NCBI RefSeq assembly: GCF_044704955.1
Contig: NC_091980.1
Location: 26,846,001-26,910,000, forward strand
Length of the DNA stretch: 64,000 bases
From: Pristiophorus japonicus
Lineage: Eukaryota
Direction: 5' to 3'
Shown here in pieces: positions 58,885 to 64,000 of the stretch. How positions within the stretch are numbered: position 1 is the stretch's first letter; the number at the start of each line of letters is the position of its first letter. The notes beneath the pieces were generated by a model, which was given only the letters and a program-made list of their open reading frames with translations, was not told where the DNA came from and ran no database searches. A program made the position numbers and the translations under genes.

Positions 58885-60714
58885 AACTGAGCGTGGAATG
58901 GGGAGAGGAGTGAGGGGTGAGGAAGATTTGAAATTCCTGGTGGGGGGAAATTTTGGGAGGAGTAAAGGGACTGAAAGGTTTTGCGCTTGGCATGATTAGG
59001 ATGAAATGCTTGGCCAGGGACAACTTGATGCTGACCCACTGGGGCAAGAGATTCAAAGGTCTCTGCACAATCACCTCTTACGCTCAATCATCAAGTGAGA
59101 TGGGTGGAGGGGGTGTTACGAGCTCACTGCATAGATTCAGGGAATTCAACATCACAGGAGGAGGCCATTTGGCCTATCATGCTTCGGCACTAATCTCTGG
59201 AATTCAATCTCTAAATCTCTTCGGGTCTCTCGCCTCCTTTAAGATGCTCTTTAAAACCTACCTCTTTGACCAAGCTTTTGGTTATCTGCTCTAATTTCAC
59301 CTTATGTGGGTGTCAATTTTTTGTCTGATTAACGCTCCTGTAAAGCGCATTGGGACATTTTACTACGTGAAAGGAGCTTATAGAAATGCAATTTGTTGTT
59401 GTATCTTTGATCTGCGCAGTAATAATGGAACCAAGGAGGATCCTTCAACAGGGTGTGCAGCGTGCGGGCAATAAATGAATTGAATGACAACAAATAAGCA
59501 TGACCTTTGAAGCTGTTGCACCCCAGCACTGCTGTGTGGCCAAATCATAACCGAGGCTCTGCCTTACTGCCGACTGCCAACATGGCCGAATAGTAATGAA
59601 CAAAAATGTGATGCCACTCAACTTTCTTATCAAATCTAAACACTCTTTCTGATTGTTGCCCCATTTTTATGCTGTGAAGGATTGCAAAAAGCATATGGGT
59701 TATGTATAATATTACATTTACTAACACAGGAATTAAATGCTCAGATTGTTATCTACAAATATCTATATTAAACATCTTACATTTGTGCACAATTTATGTC
59801 TCCTAAACATTACTTCCTGTTGTCGCATTCCCCCATTATGCAAATTCCTGTGCCCACATTTATAATGGAAACTTCAATGCACATGTCACGGTTTAATTAC
59901 TCCCTCCCACCAGCTGTAATGTCGCAGTTTTGCATTTCAGAGGAAATCTTCCCACTGTGTTTACGATATTATTAACACACAGGGACCGGGTGAATATTAT
60001 GGATGTTTTTATGATGTTGTTAAGGCACAGGGAACAGTCAAATCTGCCGGCTGTGTTTACGATGTTGTTGAGACAGTGGACTGGGGAAATCTTCTTTCTG
60101 CTTCAACTTGAGGGCAGGGCCAGGCCGGGTTGTGAGGTACTTCCCCACCCCTGCATCCCCAACTATCGAAGGGCTGCCCAATGTCGCTGAAACAGAAAAC
60201 CCGCCGGCATCGCAGGAGAGAATGGGTGAACAGCAGGGTAAATATTCTCCTTTTCTCGAACACGGTTTAAACTCCACGTCAATGGCTGCCCAGCTTTGAG
60301 CAGCCATATCATCACAGTGTCATGACAGAAAGGGTGAACAGTTTGCTTGCAGGGTCGGGCAAAGTGATGTTTTCTCACATATTCCCCGCTTCCTAATTTA
60401 ACAAAGAGAAACAGCAACCATTTCTAATTAAATACAGAGGGAGCAGCACAGGAAAAGGCCATTCGGCCCAAGCAGTGCATGTTGGCAATTACTCCCAGAT
60501 GAGCAGTCAGATAGACCCTGGGTAAGTAACGCAATGATTGTAATTCACGACCAGGACCTAAGTCTTCTTTTGATGGTGCTGTGACTTTATAAAGACAGAT
60601 TCCAATGATTGATGCTTTCTAAAGATTTCTACTTAGACTTGAGCCCCAAGCCCAGATCCCAATAATGTCATACAGGATATCTTCCTCGTTCAAAGGGTAA
60701 GGGAAGTCCAGAGA

Positions 60715-61067
60715 CTTGAGCCTGTAGTCCAGGCCGATGCTCCAATTGCCAGTAATGAGGGAGTGGAGCACTGTCGGAGAGGCAGTACTGAGATAGTGCT
60801 GCACTGTTGGAGGGGCAGTACTGAGGTAACACTGCACTGTTGAAAGGGCAGTACTGTGGGATGTTGCAGTGTCGGAGGGGCAGAACAGAGGGAGTGCCGC
60901 ACTGTCAGAGGCGCAGTACTGAGTGCTGCACTGTCGGAGGGGCAGTACTGAGTGAGTGCTGCACTGTTGGAGGGGCAGTACTGAGGGACCACTGCACTGC
61001 CTGGGATGCAGTACTGAGGAGGTGCTGCACTGTCGGAGGTGCAATCTTTCATTTGGGACATTAAACC
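60715..61067 (+). repeat. SINE fragment with about 9 copies of the 31-bp unit, interrupted by Gypsy copy 3
   Basis: Tandem cagtactgag...gcactgtcggagg units ending at gacattaaacc, directly followed by the LTR. Confidence 0.85.
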
Positions 61068-64000
61068 TGTTGTGTCCTTACACTCTACTGTAAATCAACA
61101 CGAGGCACATACTGGAGACAAGGTCACTCTGTGACCTGTACCTTTATTCACAGGACCAAGAAGTGATGACCCTGCGTGGGACCTCCCTTTATATACCTGG
61201 ATGACCAGGTGAGGAGTGTCTCCCACAAGTTCACCCCCTGGGGTCAAGGTGTGCATTTCTTAGGTGTATACAGTGTGGTATTGTTACATGAAGGTTACAG
61301 TTACATGAAGGTTACATACATGACATCACCTCCCCCCCAACGTCTTTGGGTCAAAGATTGAGTCTTTCAGGCGGTCGACGCTCTCTCGTGAAGCGTCGCA
61401 GTTGGGGCTCTGGTTGTTGAGTCTTGGCATGCGTCTTTGTCACCTGTGGTGATTCCGGCTCATCCAGGCTGGCCGCAGGGACTGTGCATGCTGCTGAAGG
61501 TTCTTGTTGCTCGTTCACTGGCAGTGGTGTGGGCAGCATCTCATGATTTTCCTCAGGTTCCTCAGTGTCCATGCTGAACCTTTTTTTTACTTGGTCCAGA
61601 TGCTTGCGGCATATCTGTCCATTGTTAAGTCTGACCACTATGACCCTATTCCCCTCTTTACCAATTACAGTACCCTCAAGCCACTTGGGCCCCAAACCGT
61701 GATTAAGAACAAACACAGGGTCCTCGATTTCTATACATCTCCCCTTTGAGTTACGGTCATGGCACTCATTTTGGGACTGACGCTTGCCCTCAACAATGTC
61801 TGACAGGACTGGGTGAATGAGGGACAGCCGAGTTTTAAGTGTGCATTTCATGAGTAGTTCCGCTGGCGGGACTCCCATGAGCGAATGCGGTCGGGACCTG
61901 TAGGCCAGCAGGAGGCGCGATAGGCGGCATTGAAGGGAGGGTCCTTGAACCCGGAGCATGCCTTGTTTTATGATTTGGACCGCACGTTCTGCCTGGCCAT
62001 TGGAAGCCGGCTTGAACAGTGCTGTCCTGACATGTTTAATGCCATTACCCGACATGAACTCCTGGAATTCATAGCTAGTGAAGCACAGGCCGTTGTCACT
62101 AACCAGGATGTCCAGCAAGCCGTGGGTCGCAAAGACCGCACGCAGATTCTCCACTGTGGTGGATGTCGTGCACGAATTCAATATGATGCACTCGATCCAT
62201 TTCGAGTACGCATCAACAACAATGAGGAACATTTTCCCCGTGAACGGGCCCGCGTAGTCTACGTGAATACGTGACCATGGCTTGGTGGGCCAGGGCCACG
62301 AGTTGAGTGGGGCTTCCCTGGGGGCATTGCCCAGTTAGGCACACGTCGTGCACCTGTGAACACAGTGTTCCAGGTCCAGACATCAATTCCCGGCCACCAT
62401 ACATGTGACTAGGCAATGGCCTTCATTAGCACAATGCCTGGGTGCTCGCTGTGGAATTCCATGATGAATGCTTCCCTTTCCTTCTGGGGCATGACTACCC
62501 GGCTGCCCCATAGTAGGCAGTCGGCTGGGATGGAGAATTCATCCATCCGTCTGTGAAGCGGTCTGACCTCTTCAGGACATGCTCCGTATGCGGGCGCCCA
62601 ATCCCCAGTCAGGACACATTTCTTAATCAAGGATAGGAGGGGATCTCTGTTTGTCCATGTTGTGATCTGGTGGGCTGTGATGGGGGAACCTGCGCTGTCG
62701 AAAGCATAGACAGCCATGACCATCTCAGCGCTTTGCTCCACTGTCCCCTCAGTGGTGGCCAGTGGAAGCCTGCTGAGCACGTCAGTGCAATTTTCGGTGC
62801 CTAGCCGGTGCCGTATGGTGTAGTCATATGCAGCCAGCATGAGAGCCCATCGCTGTATGTGAGCTGACGCATTGGCATTGACAGCTTTGCTGTCGGACAG
62901 CAGGGATGTTAATGGCTTGTGGTCCGTTTCCAACTCGAACCTTCTGCCAAAAAGGTACTGGTGCATCTTTCTCACCCCATAGACACATGTGAGTGCTTCC
63001 TTTTCAACCATCCCATATCCCCTTTCTACTTGGGAGAGCAACCTGGAAGCATAAGCAACAGGTTGGAGTTGGCCCTCATCATTACTCTGCTGCAACACGC
63101 ACCCAATCCCATAGGATGATGCATCGCATGTCAAAACCAATTCCTTACAGGGGTTGTACAGGGTCAACAGCTTATTAGAACAAAGCAGGTTCCTCACCCG
63201 ATTAAAAGCCCGTTCCTGACAGTCCCCCCAAAACCAATCGCAACCCTTGCGCAGGAGCACGTGTAACGATTCCAACAATGTGCTTAAGTTCGGCAGAGAG
63301 TTACCGAAATAGTTCAATAGTCCCAGAAATGAACGCAACTCCGATGTGTTGCCGGGCCTGGGCGCGCGACGGATCGCCTCCATTTTGGATTCGGTAGGCC
63401 GGATCCCGTCTGCGGCAACCCTCCTCCCCAAAAACTCGACCTCTGGGGCCAAAAACACACACTTGGACTTCTTTAGTCGCAGGCCTACCAGGTCCAGTCA
63501 GCGTAGCACCTCCTCCAGGTTGTGGAGGTGTTCCTCGGTGTCTCGACCCGTGATAAGGATGTCGTCCTGAAATACGATTGTTCCAGGGATGGATTTGAGC
63601 AGGCTTTCCATGTTCTTTTGAAAGATAGCGGCTGCTGAACGAATGCCAAACAGACACCTGTTGTAAACAAACAGCCCCTTGTGCGTGGTGATGGTGGTCA
63701 GTAGCTTGGATTCTTCGGCCAGTTCTTGGGTCATGTAGGCCGAAGTGAGGTCCAACTTGGTGAACAGCTTGCCGCCTGCCAGTGTGGCAAAAAGATCCTC
63801 CGCTCTCGGAAGCGGGTTTTGGTCTTGTAGTGACACTCGGTTGATGGTGGCCTTGTAGTCGCCACTAATCCTGACCGAGCCATCCGTTTTTAGGACAGCA
63901 ACGATGGGGCTTGCCCAGTCGCTGAATTCAACGGGTGAAATTATGCCCTCTCTTAGCAACCTGTCCAACTCACTCTCAATTTTCTCCTGCATCACATACG
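61068..64000 (-). mobile_element. Gypsy (Mag-clade-like) copy 3, same family as 1-2968; 3' LTR 61068-61325; runs off the window end
   Basis: RT, RNase H and integrase ORFs on the - strand nearly colinear with copy 1; PPT 61326-61340. Confidence 0.95.

Noticed and set aside
1-64000. Near-symmetric window ends suggesting a giant inverted-repeat composite element
   Set aside because: The two Gypsy copies have different flanking targets; the symmetry reflects where the window was cut.

Overview
Eukaryotic vertebrate DNA. The repeat content (CR1, DeuSINE-type SINEs, Mag-clade Gypsy, Harbinger, fish-type class I ERVs) points to a cartilaginous fish; this is an inference. Most of the window is transposable elements, with a + strand Siglec (CD33-related/MAG-like) locus threaded through them. 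I traced 12 exons by GT-AG boundaries and reading phase. Three upstream Ig exons (3281-3568, 5463-5720, 6896-7186) have no visible TM exon. They are followed by two tandem V-set exons (15965-16318, 16909-17277), four further Ig exons (18446-18739, 26831-27112, 27737-28012, 30387-30680), a TM exon (47244-47340) and two cytoplasmic exons (57657-57735, 58642-58884). The tail has an ITIM and a distal motif with His in place of Tyr. No leader exon was found. Introns and flanks hold three Gypsy elements (one complete with TSD), three Harbinger-type elements plus an unassigned MITE, nested CR1 LINEs, and two antisense endogenous retroviruses with exact TSDs and tRNA-Gln or tRNA-Leu primer sites. The most notable signals are: a 2H-phosphoesterase-like domain (two HxT motifs) between protease and RT in the larger ERV; related env SU genes in two otherwise distinct ERVs; a very young deleted ERV that may encode a secreted SU fragment; and a duplicated Siglec V-set whose divergence concentrates in the C-C' loop. 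All identity estimates are by eye.
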